Shown here piece by piece: positions 35,251-44,950 of a stretch of 64,000 nt of DNA (within the stretch, counting starts at the first letter, position 1; the number at the start of each line of letters is the position of its first letter). This DNA is from an uncultured Desulfobacteraceae bacterium. Lineage in GTDB: Bacteria; Desulfobacterota; Desulfobacteria; Desulfobacterales; 4572-123. The stretch covers positions 10,561-74,560 of the forward strand of contig CAYQNS010000002.1 in the NCBI GenBank assembly GCA_964418755.1, read 5' to 3'. The notes beneath the pieces are model-generated. The model did no database searches and was not told where the DNA came from. It was given only the letters and a program-made list of their open reading frames with translations. Position numbers and translations under genes: made by a program.

Positions 35251-35808
35251 TCAGCGGCCCAGAGCCTGGACCACCCATGGCAGAATGTGTGCGGTGATGG
35301 CGGCATAGCCGGCTGCTGTGGGATGAATCCCGTCGAACTGAACACCGCCGGTTTCTTCCAGTGCCGGTCCGTTAAAAGATGGAATCAACACCAGATCAAG
35401 AGCCTGTGCCACGGCTGGATAAATCGCGGCAAATGCTGTTTCGATTTCCGCATCGCCCATGGAAGGCAACACCATGCCCGCTAATGCCACGGGGACGGCC
35501 CCGGCCGTGAGCCGCTGCACTATGGTGGAAATCATATGACGGATCTGCTCCGGCATGGCTCCCATAAGGATATCATTAAGGCCGATTTCCAGTATGACAA
35601 GGTCGGGGGTGAAATCCGGCACCCGGTGCATTCGGGCCATCAAATTCCGGCAGGTGTCCCCGCTGCACCCCGCGTTGATCACGTTGCAGCCAAACCCTTT
35701 TTTGTTTAAAAGGGCCTCCAGCCTCACCGGATAACTGTCCCGGGGCCCAACGCCAAACCCTTCCGTAAGGCTGTCTCCTAAGGCCACGATGTGGGTATTC
35801 GAACTCAT
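35251..35808 (-). CDS. SGNH/GDSL-family hydrolase (arylesterase/TesA-like)
   Basis: It has block I IVALGDSLTEG, block III GLNDI, and a C-terminal D..H (FDGIHPT). Confidence 0.85.
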   Translation of the reverse strand: MSSNTHIVALGDSLTEGFGVGPRDSYPVRLEALLNKKGFGCNVINAGCSGDTCRNLMARMHRVPDFTPDLVILEIGLNDILMGAMPEQIRHMISTIVQRLTAGAVPVALAGMVLPSMGDAEIETAFAAIYPAVAQALDLVLIPSFNGPALEETGGVQFDGIHPTAAGYAAITAHILPWVVQALGR

Positions 35809-36249
35809 ACTCTGCTTCCCTGTATGACATTGATGAGGGCGTAGGCCCCCTGTTATTTCTGCGATCTTTTACGGTAAGATTTTTTTCATCTTGAATATAA
35901 AAACAAAGCTATGCTATCAGAAAAGGATTGCGATTTCCATCGCAAATAAAAGATCTGTCAAATGTCAAATTGAGAACAAAATCATAACCCGGTCGGATTC
36001 AATGCTTTATTTTTATGACATACTGCCTGATTAGGGGCGCCTGTTGCCTGTTTGAAAACAGCGGTCCGGGGATTTGCTGCCGTGATTTTTAAAACGGTTG
36101 ACAATGCCGTCCAACTATCATTAATAGAATTATTTTTTTGTTGTCGGCAGAGCGTGCTGACAGGTCTTGCCGTTTAATTCAAATTTTTTACAAGTTCATC
36201 AATTTTAATTCAGGGGAAAAGTTCTCCAGGAGCAGAAAGGAGTTGTCTT

Positions 36250-36585
36250 TTGATAAAAATAGAAACCAGCATGGGTGAGATCATTTTGGAACTGTATGAA
36301 GCCGACAACGGGCTCAAGAATGCGGCGTACTCCGTGGCCATGGCCCGTACTAGAGACCCTCACAGTGTCACGGCCCAGTTTTTCATCAACGTGAAGAACA
36401 ATACTTTTCTGGACCATACCGCCAAAACCGACAAAGGGTGGGGGTACACGGTTTTTGGAAAGGTGGCCAGGGGACATGGTGTGGTCAATAAAATCAAGGC
36501 AGTATCAACCGGTAAAAAAGGTGGCTTTGACGATGTGCCCGTAGCGCCAGTGACCCTTATCAAGGCCGAGATCGTGGAATCGTAA
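36250..36585 (+). CDS. ppiB: cyclophilin-type peptidyl-prolyl isomerase with about 50-aa in-frame internal deletion (probably inactive)
   Basis: It has a TTG start with AGGAG upstream. The N-terminal [17 protein letters not shown] joins directly to [26 protein letters not shown]. The FHRVI..GFMIQGGG core seen in E. coli PpiB is missing. Confidence 0.75.
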   Translation: [111 protein letters not shown]

Positions 36586-36730
36586 GTCTGGCTTTTGCGT
36601 TGATTGCCGGATAACCACCGGTTTCGCTGCCTCTTGGTGAGTATGTAAAAAGGCATGGAACTGTTTGCTTCAATGAAAATAAGGGGCAGTCATCTGTCCC
36701 GGACAAGAAATTTTAAAAAGAGGTTTTACA

Positions 36731-38212
36731 ATGGCCAGAAGAAATTTAAAAGCAAATTTTTCAACACGATCGGGGTTCGGTATCAATGCGTTTACAGACA
36801 ACGAACTGGAGGCGATTCATTTTGCATCCCTTGAAGTGCTTCAAAGGACAGGAGTCAAGATTGAATCCGAAAAAGCGCTGGAAATTTTCCACGGGGCCGG
36901 GGCAAGTGTCGAGCAACACGACGGTTATGGTATTGTCAAAATCCCGAATTATATTGTCGAGGACTGTATCCGCCGGGCTCCCAGAATCGGATGCTATTAC
37001 GGCAGACGTCCTGAAGACGATTATATTACCGATGGGGCCCGGGTCGGTTTTTCGGCAGGGTTCGGCGAACATGTCAAAATCATCGACCTGGATACAAAAA
37101 AGGTCAGGTCAACGGTAAAAAAGGATCTGGCAGCCATTACGCGGATTCAGGATTATCTGGATGTCATTACAATCGTAGAACGGGCCGCCTGTTCAGGCGA
37201 TCAGCCACCGGCGACCCAGACGCTGCATAATTACGAAGCCATGGTCCAAAATTCCAGCAAGCACTGTTTTTTAGGATTCGGATGCGGCAAAAATGCCGAA
37301 AAAATTATCGAGATGGCAAAAATTGCCTCCGGCGGGGAGGATAAATTCAAAAACCGCCCCATTGTGACCGGCTTTGTCTGCCCGACCAGTCCGCTGACAA
37401 TTATTCGGGACGGTTGTGAAACCATCATGACATGTGCCGAAAACGGCGTCGGTATTGCCGTGATTTCCATGTCCATTTCCGGGGCATCTTCGGCCGCAAC
37501 CCTGGGCAGTGTCGTGGTGCAGCATAATGCCGAAGTCTTAAGCGGCATCGTACTGGCCCAGCTCACGGCCAAGGGGACCCCATGCACCTACTGCGGATGC
37601 AGTACCATCATGGATATGCGAACGGGCCTGTCTCCCGTGGGGGTCCCGGAAATGGGGCTGCTCAGCGTGGCATGGGCAAAGCTGGCCCAGTACTACCAGC
37701 TTCCCAGCCTGGTGGGCGGCTGCGGCTCGGACAGCAAGCTCCCGGACGCCCAGCAGGCTTATGATTTCAGTCTGACCGCCATGCCCGCGGCCCTGGCCGG
37801 TGCCAACATCATCTACGGTATCGGTGCCATCGAGTCGATTCTCACCTTTGACTATGCCGCCATGATCATGGGGGCTGAACAGGCGGAAAGGATTATGCGG
37901 GTTGTCGGCGGGATTGACGTCAGCGATGAGGCCATGGCCCTGGATTTAATCCATGAAATCGGCCCCGGCGGTCAATTTCTCACCCATGAACATACCTACC
38001 GACACATGAGAGAGATGTCCCAGTCAAAGCTGTTTGACCGAAGGACCCGTGATGCATGGATGGATGCCACAGGCGGCATGGATATTGCGCAGCGCGCTTA
38101 TAAAGAAGCCGGGCGAATCATAAACGAGCATACACCGGCGCCCCTGCCCGAGGGCGCGGCAACAGCCATGCGGGCGATCATTAAAGAGTATGAAGCGGAG
38201 CTCGGGTTATAA
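36731..38212 (+). CDS. MttB-superfamily (trimethylamine methyltransferase family) protein, non-pyrrolysine type
   Basis: The 493-aa ORF is uninterrupted. The N-terminus (F.D.ELE.IH..SLEVL...GV) and the overall length are typical of COG5598. AAGAGG lies upstream. Confidence 0.85.
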   Translation: MARRNLKANFSTRSGFGINAFTDNELEAIHFASLEVLQRTGVKIESEKALEIFHGAGASVEQHDGYGIVKIPNYIVEDCIRRAPRIGCYYGRRPEDDYITDGARVGFSAGFGEHVKIIDLDTKKVRSTVKKDLAAITRIQDYLDVITIVERAACSGDQPPATQTLHNYEAMVQNSSKHCFLGFGCGKNAEKIIEMAKIASGGEDKFKNRPIVTGFVCPTSPLTIIRDGCETIMTCAENGVGIAVISMSISGASSAATLGSVVVQHNAEVLSGIVLAQLTAKGTPCTYCGCSTIMDMRTGLSPVGVPEMGLLSVAWAKLAQYYQLPSLVGGCGSDSKLPDAQQAYDFSLTAMPAALAGANIIYGIGAIESILTFDYAAMIMGAEQAERIMRVVGGIDVSDEAMALDLIHEIGPGGQFLTHEHTYRHMREMSQSKLFDRRTRDAWMDATGGMDIAQRAYKEAGRIINEHTPAPLPEGAATAMRAIIKEYEAELGL

Positions 38213-38283
38213 ACCGGCTGAAAAATTCGGTACAACCTCAAGCCGTATGGGTATTTTTTTTCATTCCTTTCTGTAATTTATTA

Positions 38284-38299
38284 TTTTCCGGCTTATCCG
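38284..38299. repeat. dispersed 16-mer ttttccggcttatccg (copy 2)
   Basis: It is identical to 2151-2166 and lies 15 nt upstream of the LysE-family gene start. Confidence 0.6.
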
Positions 38300-38314
38300 G
38301 GTGGATATATTTTA

Positions 38315-38950
38315 ATGACAGCACTTTTCACTATTTTTTTTACATCTTTTATAGTTGCCTTTTCAGGTGCCATGATGCCCGGACCGCTGCTTACCGTAAC
38401 GATCAGTGAAAGCTCCCGGCGCGGTGCCGTTGCCGGACCCCTGCTCATCGTCGGGCATGCCATCCTGGAACTGGTTCTTGTAATTGCGCTGTTGTTCGGG
38501 CTTGCCCCTTTTCTTTTGAAAAAATATGTGTTCGTTATCATTGCTCTGGCGGGGGCGGTCGTGCTATTTTGGATGGCTTTTTCAATGTTGCGGGCACTGC
38601 CGGGCTTGAGCCTTCAGGTCAGCGGTGAAGAAACAGGAAAAAACAATCTGCTGATCACCGGCATACTGATGAGCCTTGTCAACCCCTACTGGATCATCTG
38701 GTGGGTGTCCATCGGTCTGGCGTATATCATGCATAGCCTGCGTTTCGGCAAATGGGGAGTCTTTTTTTTCTTTACCGGTCATATTCTGGCTGATTTTATC
38801 TGGTATGCACTCATTTCAATAGCCGTGTGGAAGGGGAAATCTTTTTTGAATGATCGTACCTATCGGTATCTTATGGCGGGGTGCGCTGTTCTTTTGTTTT
38901 TTTTCTCAGGTTTTTTCGCATATTCAGGATTCATGAAGCTTGCTGCTTGA
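38315..38950 (+). CDS. LysE/RhtB-family amino-acid exporter
   Basis: The 211-aa product has about 6 TM helices and the typical N-terminus F...F.....PGP....I. Confidence 0.85.
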   Translation: MTALFTIFFTSFIVAFSGAMMPGPLLTVTISESSRRGAVAGPLLIVGHAILELVLVIALLFGLAPFLLKKYVFVIIALAGAVVLFWMAFSMLRALPGLSLQVSGEETGKNNLLITGILMSLVNPYWIIWWVSIGLAYIMHSLRFGKWGVFFFFTGHILADFIWYALISIAVWKGKSFLNDRTYRYLMAGCAVLLFFFSGFFAYSGFMKLAA

Positions 38951-39030
38951 AGTTTGGTACTTGAAACTTGAAATTAGATAACACATTTGCATGCTTCTGT
39001 TTTTCAGGTTAAAGGTTACAGGTTTAATCC

Positions 39031-39062
39031 ATCGTAGGGTGGGCTGTGCCCACCAAATAGAC
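39031..39062. repeat. REP-like palindromic element atcgtagGGTGGGCtgtGCCCACCaaatagac (copy 2)
   Basis: It matches 17059-17089 apart from one extra A. It is flanked by short word-doubling repeats (acttgaaacttgaa; aggttaaaggttacaggtt). Confidence 0.8.
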
Positions 39063-39168
39063 TGCAAGATACATAGTCAAAAAAGTGTAATCACGAATGA
39101 ACAGTTCCGCCGGGCTGTACTGGAAATGTTGTTTTAATCTTGTATGATTCTAATTTAAGGAGAAAAAA

Positions 39169-39813
39169 TTGAGCGATGAACAACTGAAATGGCTGTGGGA
39201 AAAATCCGGACAAAGATGCGTGAAAAATATGAAAAAACGTGGTTTCGACGCTTATTTTACCCCGGATACGAAGAGCGCCCGCACCAGGGCTCTGGACATT
39301 GCCGCCGACTGCGAAACATTTGGTTTCGGCGGGTCATCTACGACCCGGGCTCTGGGAATCGTGGAGGCGCTTAAAAAATCCGGCAAAACCCTGTACGACC
39401 ACTGGGTGCCCGGTCTCACCAAGGCGGAAGAGATGGAAATAAGACTGGCCCAGGGGCGCTGTGACTGTTTTTTCTGCAGTGCCAATGCTGTGGCTGAAAC
39501 CGGTGAAATCGTGAATGTGGACGGTATCGGCAACCGCAGTGCCGCCATGACTTTCGGACCCGGAAAGGTGATCATCATAGCGGGCATGAACAAGGTTGTG
39601 CCGGACCTTGACTCGGCCTTTGCGCGCATTCGTGAAAAAGCCGCACCTATGCGGGCCAGGAGCCTTGAAACGCAGACGCCCTGTGCTGAAACCGGAATAT
39701 GCAGCGACTGCCTGTCTCCGCATCGCATCTGCAATATCACCACGATACTGCATTACAAACCCATGCTGACCAGGGTGGCGGTCATCCTGGTGAACCAGGC
39801 CATGGGGTTTTAA
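39169..39813 (+). CDS. LUD-domain (LutC/YkgG-like, DUF162) protein
   Basis: It has a TTG start with AAGGAG 6 nt upstream. The 214-aa product shows the pattern ...GFGGSST...CDCFFCSANAVAETGEIVN.DG.GNR, typical of lactate-utilisation LUD domains. Confidence 0.7.
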   Translation: MSDEQLKWLWEKSGQRCVKNMKKRGFDAYFTPDTKSARTRALDIAADCETFGFGGSSTTRALGIVEALKKSGKTLYDHWVPGLTKAEEMEIRLAQGRCDCFFCSANAVAETGEIVNVDGIGNRSAAMTFGPGKVIIIAGMNKVVPDLDSAFARIREKAAPMRARSLETQTPCAETGICSDCLSPHRICNITTILHYKPMLTRVAVILVNQAMGF

Positions 39814-39850
39814 TTTTTTATGGGGCTACAATACTGTTTGCGAGGTCATC

Positions 39851-41410
39851 TTGTTTAACAGACAAAAAATATTTCCGGCCCTGGCAAGCGGACTGCTGCT
39901 TACCGGGGCCTTTCCTGATTGGGGATTTTCATATCTGGCCTGGATCGCACTGGTTCCGCTGCTGATAAGCCTTAGAGACCTGTCTCCGGGCAACGCGTTC
40001 AGGGCCGGCTTTCTGACCGGGATGGTCCATTACCTGACGCTGATGTACTGGCTGGCCTATACCATCAGTACTTACGGCAAGATGCCCTGGTATCTGTGCG
40101 GCCTCATACTGTTTCTTTTTGCCGCCTACCTGGCCTGCTATTTCGCCCTTTTTTCAATGCTCCTGATCCGGGTGAGCCGGGGCAGCCGGGTGGGCCTGCT
40201 CACGGCACCGCTCCTGTGGGTTGCTCTGGAATATGTCAGGTCCTTCCTTTTTTCCGGTTTTCCATGGGAACTTTTAGGATATACCCAGTTTGATGTGTTG
40301 CCTCTGATTCAATTTTCGGATATAACCGGTGTCTATGGGGTGTCTTTTTTAATCGTGCTGTCCAATGTAGTGATCTGCCGGATGATTTTATGCCATACCG
40401 GCAAGACATGGCAGGATGCGACAGCCGACAAATATGCAACTGCCGTACAATTATTAACGGTGTGCCTTATCGTCGGTGCCCTGTGGGGATACGGTATCTG
40501 GCGTATTCGCGTTGTTGATCAATCCATGGCCCGGGCGCCATCCGCCCGGATTGCCGTTGTCCAGGGCAATATCGATCAGGCCCTGAAATGGGATCGGGCG
40601 TTTCAAACGGCAACCACCCGAAAATACGTGCGCCTTTCGCTTGAGTCACGTGAAAAAAATCCGGAATTGGTCGTCTGGCCGGAGACGGCCACGCCGTTTT
40701 ATTTTCTGTATCATACGCGGCTGACAAAAATGGTGAACGAGGGGGTTCGCAGGACGGGCTGTGATTTTCTAATCGGCAGCCCTTCTTTTTCCAGGCAGGG
40801 AGACAAAAACGAATATTATAACTCGGCCTATTTGGTTCATCCCGACGGTACGCCGGGCCACAGGTACGACAAGGTCCACCTGGTGCCCTTCGGCGAATAT
40901 GTACCGCTAAAAAAATGGCTGCCGTTTGCCGGAAAAATGGTGGCACATGTCGGTGACTTCAAACCGGGGTCCCGGGGTGTTACCCTCAACTGGCGGAATT
41001 ATCGACTGGGCGTACAGATCTGCTATGAAATAATTTTCCCGAATCTGTCCAGAATCGCGGTTAAAAATGGGGCCAACCTGCTGTTTAATTTAACCAACGA
41101 TGCATGGTACGGCCGCACCGGCGCACCGTATCAGCATTTTTCCATGGCGGTACTGCGGGCCGTTGAAAACCGGCGGTCGGTGGTGAGGGCAGCCAATACC
41201 GGAATCAGTGGATTTATTGATCCGGTCGGCCGTATCACGGCAAGTACAACTCTTTTTGAAAATGCGGTGGTGACGCAAAAAGTGTTTTTTGGCAGGGATA
41301 TCAGCTTTTACACCAGCTGGGGCGACCTGTTTGCGCAGCTTTGCCTGGGGGGAATACTTTTTATCATCGCCTGGCAACTGGCATATCGGTTCAGGGAAAT
41401 CAAACGGTAA
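39851..41410 (+). CDS. lnt: apolipoprotein N-acyltransferase
   Basis: It has multiple N-terminal TM helices followed by a CN-hydrolase domain (VVWPE..., ICYE, NDAWYG). Confidence 0.9.
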   Translation: MFNRQKIFPALASGLLLTGAFPDWGFSYLAWIALVPLLISLRDLSPGNAFRAGFLTGMVHYLTLMYWLAYTISTYGKMPWYLCGLILFLFAAYLACYFALFSMLLIRVSRGSRVGLLTAPLLWVALEYVRSFLFSGFPWELLGYTQFDVLPLIQFSDITGVYGVSFLIVLSNVVICRMILCHTGKTWQDATADKYATAVQLLTVCLIVGALWGYGIWRIRVVDQSMARAPSARIAVVQGNIDQALKWDRAFQTATTRKYVRLSLESREKNPELVVWPETATPFYFLYHTRLTKMVNEGVRRTGCDFLIGSPSFSRQGDKNEYYNSAYLVHPDGTPGHRYDKVHLVPFGEYVPLKKWLPFAGKMVAHVGDFKPGSRGVTLNWRNYRLGVQICYEIIFPNLSRIAVKNGANLLFNLTNDAWYGRTGAPYQHFSMAVLRAVENRRSVVRAANTGISGFIDPVGRITASTTLFENAVVTQKVFFGRDISFYTSWGDLFAQLCLGGILFIIAWQLAYRFREIKR

Positions 41411-41456
41411 ACCCGTTTCGATCTTAAAAAATTTTAAAAATATCAGGAGGCATAAC

Positions 41457-42558
41457 ATGTCCATCGAACTTAAACAATCCATCAAGGACAGCAAAACAAA
41501 ACTGGCCCAGTTACTGGAGTATCTTTGACCTGACCGGCAAGGAAAAAAGAATCCAGGAAATAGAAGCGGTCATCGCCCGCCCGGGGTTTTGGGACCATCC
41601 CGAAAAGACCAGAAACATCCTGCGGGAACGAACGTTTCTGACCGGCAGGGTGGACGGCTTTCAGGCCCTTGAAAAAGACCTGGAAGACAGTGAACTGCTG
41701 TTTGAAATGGCTTTAGAGGAGTCGGACGCCCAGACCATCGAGGAGGTCGGGCAACAGATGAAATCCATAAGGACCCGAATTCAAAAATACCGGCTTGATA
41801 TGATGCTCGACGGTAAGAATGATAAAAATAATGCCATCATTTCCATCAATGCCGGAGCCGGCGGTACCGAAGCCCAGGACTGGTCTGAAATTCTTTTCCG
41901 GATGTATGCCCGCTGGGTTGAGCGAAAGGGGTACACGTCCGATATCATTGATTTTCAACCCGGCGACGAGGCCGGCATCAAGAGTGTTACCTTTACGGCT
42001 GCGGGTGAATATGCTTATGGATACCTGCAAACCGAGCAGGGAGTCCACAGATTGGTTCGGATCTCCCCGTTTAATGCCAACGGCAAGCGTCACACCTCCT
42101 TTGCTTCGGTATTCGTGTATCCGGAACTGGATGATGAGATTGTTATCGATATCGATGACAAGGACCTGCGCATCGATGTTTTCAGGGCCAGCGGCGCCGG
42201 AGGCCAGCATGTTAACAAGACCAGTTCTGCAGTGAGGATCACCCATCAACCCAGCGGGATTGTTGTGCAGTGCCAGCAGGAAAAATCCCAGCACCGCAAC
42301 AAGGAGATGGCCATGAAGGTTTTAAAATCAAGGCTGTATGACAGTGAAAAACAAAAGCAGGAAGAAAAACTGCAGAAAATTCATGACGCCAAGGATGATA
42401 TCGCCTGGGGCAGTCAGATCCGTTCCTATATTTTACACCCCTATCAGATGGTAAAGGACCACCGCCTGAAGATGGATGTCGGCAATGTAAACGAGGTGCT
42501 GGACGGGGGCCTGGATCCTTTTATCGAAGGGGCGCTGCTGGCTAAAAAGTTGACCTAA
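41457..42558 (+). CDS. prfB: peptide chain release factor 2 (requires programmed +1 frameshift at 41523-41529)
   Basis: Frame 0 (MSIELKQSIKDSKTKLAQLLEYL) ends at CTT TGA C. The +1 frame continues as DLTGKEKRI... through SPF and GGQHVN motifs. AGGAGG lies upstream of ATG 41457. Confidence 0.92.
41517..41529 (+). other. RF2 autoregulatory +1 frameshift site GGAG-TAT-CTT-TGA-C
   Basis: It has an internal SD-like GGAG 3 nt before the slippery CTT and an in-frame TGA followed by C. This is nearly identical to the E. coli AGGGGG TAT CTT TGA C site. Confidence 0.9.
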
Positions 42559-43003
42559 AATTAAGCAAGCAAAAAAGCAAGCTATTTCCCCCTGCAAAAA
42601 ATAGCCCCCGGTAGGTAAAAAACTATATGCCCCCCGAATTTTCACAAAATTACAATCTCATCGATAGATAAAGCATTGCTTTTTCACACACGATCCACAA
42701 AACAATAGTGTGGCAATTATAAGCAATTATCATGCCGGACGTTGGAATCAATAAAAAATCTGTCTAAAATACCAATACATTAAAAAAAATAAAGGGCATT
42801 TTAAAAACTTAGTGATACTATTTCATAAACAATGGATAAATTATTTCACAATTATTACTCCGTGGTGGATAGCGGTTACAGGAGCCAATATTTACAAAAC
42901 AGACAAAAACACCGTCATTGCGGCAATCCATCCGCAACATCAGAACAAGAGACCCTGAATATTTCCCGAGGCGCACATGGTATTGGAGATCGGCCCGGTT
43001 GCA

Positions 43004-43120
43004 GCAATTCTAATTATGGCTTTAAGCCGATGCTCATGATGCGTAACGTATTGAAATTACGTTAGCTGGAATTGTCAATTCCCATGTTTGAGCCCCATGC
43101 TGCTTCATAATTAGAATTGC
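43004..43120. mobile_element. MITE-like 117-bp element with perfect 15-bp terminal inverted repeats, flanked by a 12-bp direct repeat
   Basis: The terminal inverted repeats are gcaattctaattatg (43004-43018) and cataattagaattgc (43106-43120). The direct repeat cggcccggttgc occurs at 42991-43002 and 43121-43132. Internal hairpins are present. Confidence 0.45.
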
Positions 43121-43275
43121 CGGCCCGGTTGCTTTATGCTTGACAAATATTTCTGATTTATTAACCTATAGAGTTTATTTTACCGGAATCGGGGACATGC
43201 GTGTTGCTTGGGGCAATTGACAGCCTGTGTTTAGACATAATTTCCGAATGATTTTTTTTTAAATAGAGAGGGAAC

Positions 43276-44856
43276 ATGAAAGTCTTGGTAAGTGATAATC
43301 TCGGTGAAATCGGGATTGAGATGTTTCAGAAAGCACAGGGAATCGAAGTTGATGTCAAAACCAGTTTATCTCCTGAAGAACTTAAAAGCATCATCTGTGA
43401 GTATCATGCACTGGTGATTCGAAGTGCTACCCGGGTGACCAGCGAACTGCTGGCGGCAGCCAAAAACCTGAAAGTTGTCGGCCGGGCCGGAATCGGTCTC
43501 GATAACGTGGATATTTCCGAGGCATCCAAACGGGGTATTATTGTCATGAATACGCCGGGCGGCAATGTGGTGACGACGGCAGAACACGCGATTTCCATGA
43601 TGCTGGCGCTGTCCCGCAACATTCCCATGGGAACCTCATCCTTGAGAGAGGGACGCTGGATCAAGAAACAGCTTCAGGGGCGGGAAATATACAATAAATG
43701 CCTGGGAATCATCGGTTTCGGAAAAATCGGTTCCATCGTGGCTGACCGGGCCCGCGGTCTCAAGATGCAGGTTGTTGTCCATGATCCTTTTGTTACCCCC
43801 GCACAAATCGAAAAGGCCGGATTCAAAAGCGTTCCGTTTGAAGAACTGCTCAACCGGTCGGATTATATCACGATTCATGTGCCCAAACTGAAAAACACCA
43901 TTGGATTTATTAATAAACAGAGTTTTGATCAGATGAAAGACGGCGTCATGCTTATCAACTGCGCCCGGGGCGGTATTATCGATGAAAAAGATCTGTATGA
44001 TGCTATGAAATCGGGAAAGGTTGCCGGGGCCGCTCTGGATGTCTTTGAGACGGAACCTCCAGGTGATTCGCCACTGTTTGAGTTTGACCGATTCATCTGT
44101 ACTCCGCACCTCGGGGCCTCAACCAGGGAGGCCCAGACCAATGTCGCGGTCGCCGTGGCAAAACAGATTATCGACTATCTGCAGCAAGGAACCATACACA
44201 ACGCCGTTAACGTACCGTCGATTACCGGCGATCTGCTTGAAAAACTTGGCCCCTGGCTCTCCATCGGGGATAAACTCGGTTCTCTCCAGGCCCAATTGAT
44301 CAACGGTCCGGCCAAAGAAGTGGTGATTGAATACGCCGGAGATTTCAAAGATCTTGACATGGCTCCGGTTTCAACGGCTATTTTAAAAGGGCTGCTGACG
44401 CCTATTCTTAAAGATGATGTTAATTTTGTCAACGCGCACATCCAGGCCAAGGAGCGGGGGATAACGGTCACCGAAACGAGAACGGCTGAAGCGTACAGGT
44501 ATATCAACCTGATTACAGTCCGGGTAATCACCACTGAAATGAAAAATTCCGTATCCGGAACGATCTTCGGGAAAGATGATCCCCGAATCGTGGGCATAAA
44601 CACATTTCGCCTGGAAATGGTGCCCGACGGTCATCTGGCACTGATATACAATATCGATAAACCCGGTTCCATCGGTCAAATCGGCACCACTCTTGGCGAA
44701 CACAAAATTAATATCGGCCAGATGCAGGTAGGGCAGGAAGAAGAGGGGGACCGCAATATTATTTTTATAACTACGGATACGCCTATTCCCGCGCAGGTGT
44801 TTGAAGAGCTGCGCAACCTGAGTCTTGTAAAAACAGTCATTCCGCTTGAATTTTAG
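43276..44856 (+). CDS. serA: D-3-phosphoglycerate dehydrogenase (long form with ACT domain)
   Basis: The 526-aa product has the NAD-binding motif GIIGFGKIGS, the catalytic R/E/H pattern and a C-terminal ACT-like region. Confidence 0.93.
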   Translation: MKVLVSDNLGEIGIEMFQKAQGIEVDVKTSLSPEELKSIICEYHALVIRSATRVTSELLAAAKNLKVVGRAGIGLDNVDISEASKRGIIVMNTPGGNVVTTAEHAISMMLALSRNIPMGTSSLREGRWIKKQLQGREIYNKCLGIIGFGKIGSIVADRARGLKMQVVVHDPFVTPAQIEKAGFKSVPFEELLNRSDYITIHVPKLKNTIGFINKQSFDQMKDGVMLINCARGGIIDEKDLYDAMKSGKVAGAALDVFETEPPGDSPLFEFDRFICTPHLGASTREAQTNVAVAVAKQIIDYLQQGTIHNAVNVPSITGDLLEKLGPWLSIGDKLGSLQAQLINGPAKEVVIEYAGDFKDLDMAPVSTAILKGLLTPILKDDVNFVNAHIQAKERGITVTETRTAEAYRYINLITVRVITTEMKNSVSGTIFGKDDPRIVGINTFRLEMVPDGHLALIYNIDKPGSIGQIGTTLGEHKINIGQMQVGQEEEGDRNIIFITTDTPIPAQVFEELRNLSLVKTVIPLEF

Positions 44857-44950
44857 CACCGGATAACCAACGGGCATTATTGACGGAATGCATTGCGTTA
44901 CCTGATTTTATAAATTGCCGGCTTGTAATTTAAACAGGAGACCTTTTATT

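Noticed and set aside
36731-38212. A pyrrolysine (in-frame TAG) codon in the MttB homologue.
   Set aside because: The ORF is continuous over the full family length, so there is no amber codon to recode.
41289-41456. ORF 41289..41528 as an independent 79-aa gene.
   Set aside because: Its 5' two-thirds overlaps the lnt 3' end out of frame. Only the last 23 codons (from ATG 41457) are real, and they form the frame-0 segment of prfB.
42832-43065. The 77-aa ORF in the prfB-serA spacer.
   Set aside because: It has no SD and an odd composition. Its 3' third runs into the MITE-like element, so it is likely fortuitous.
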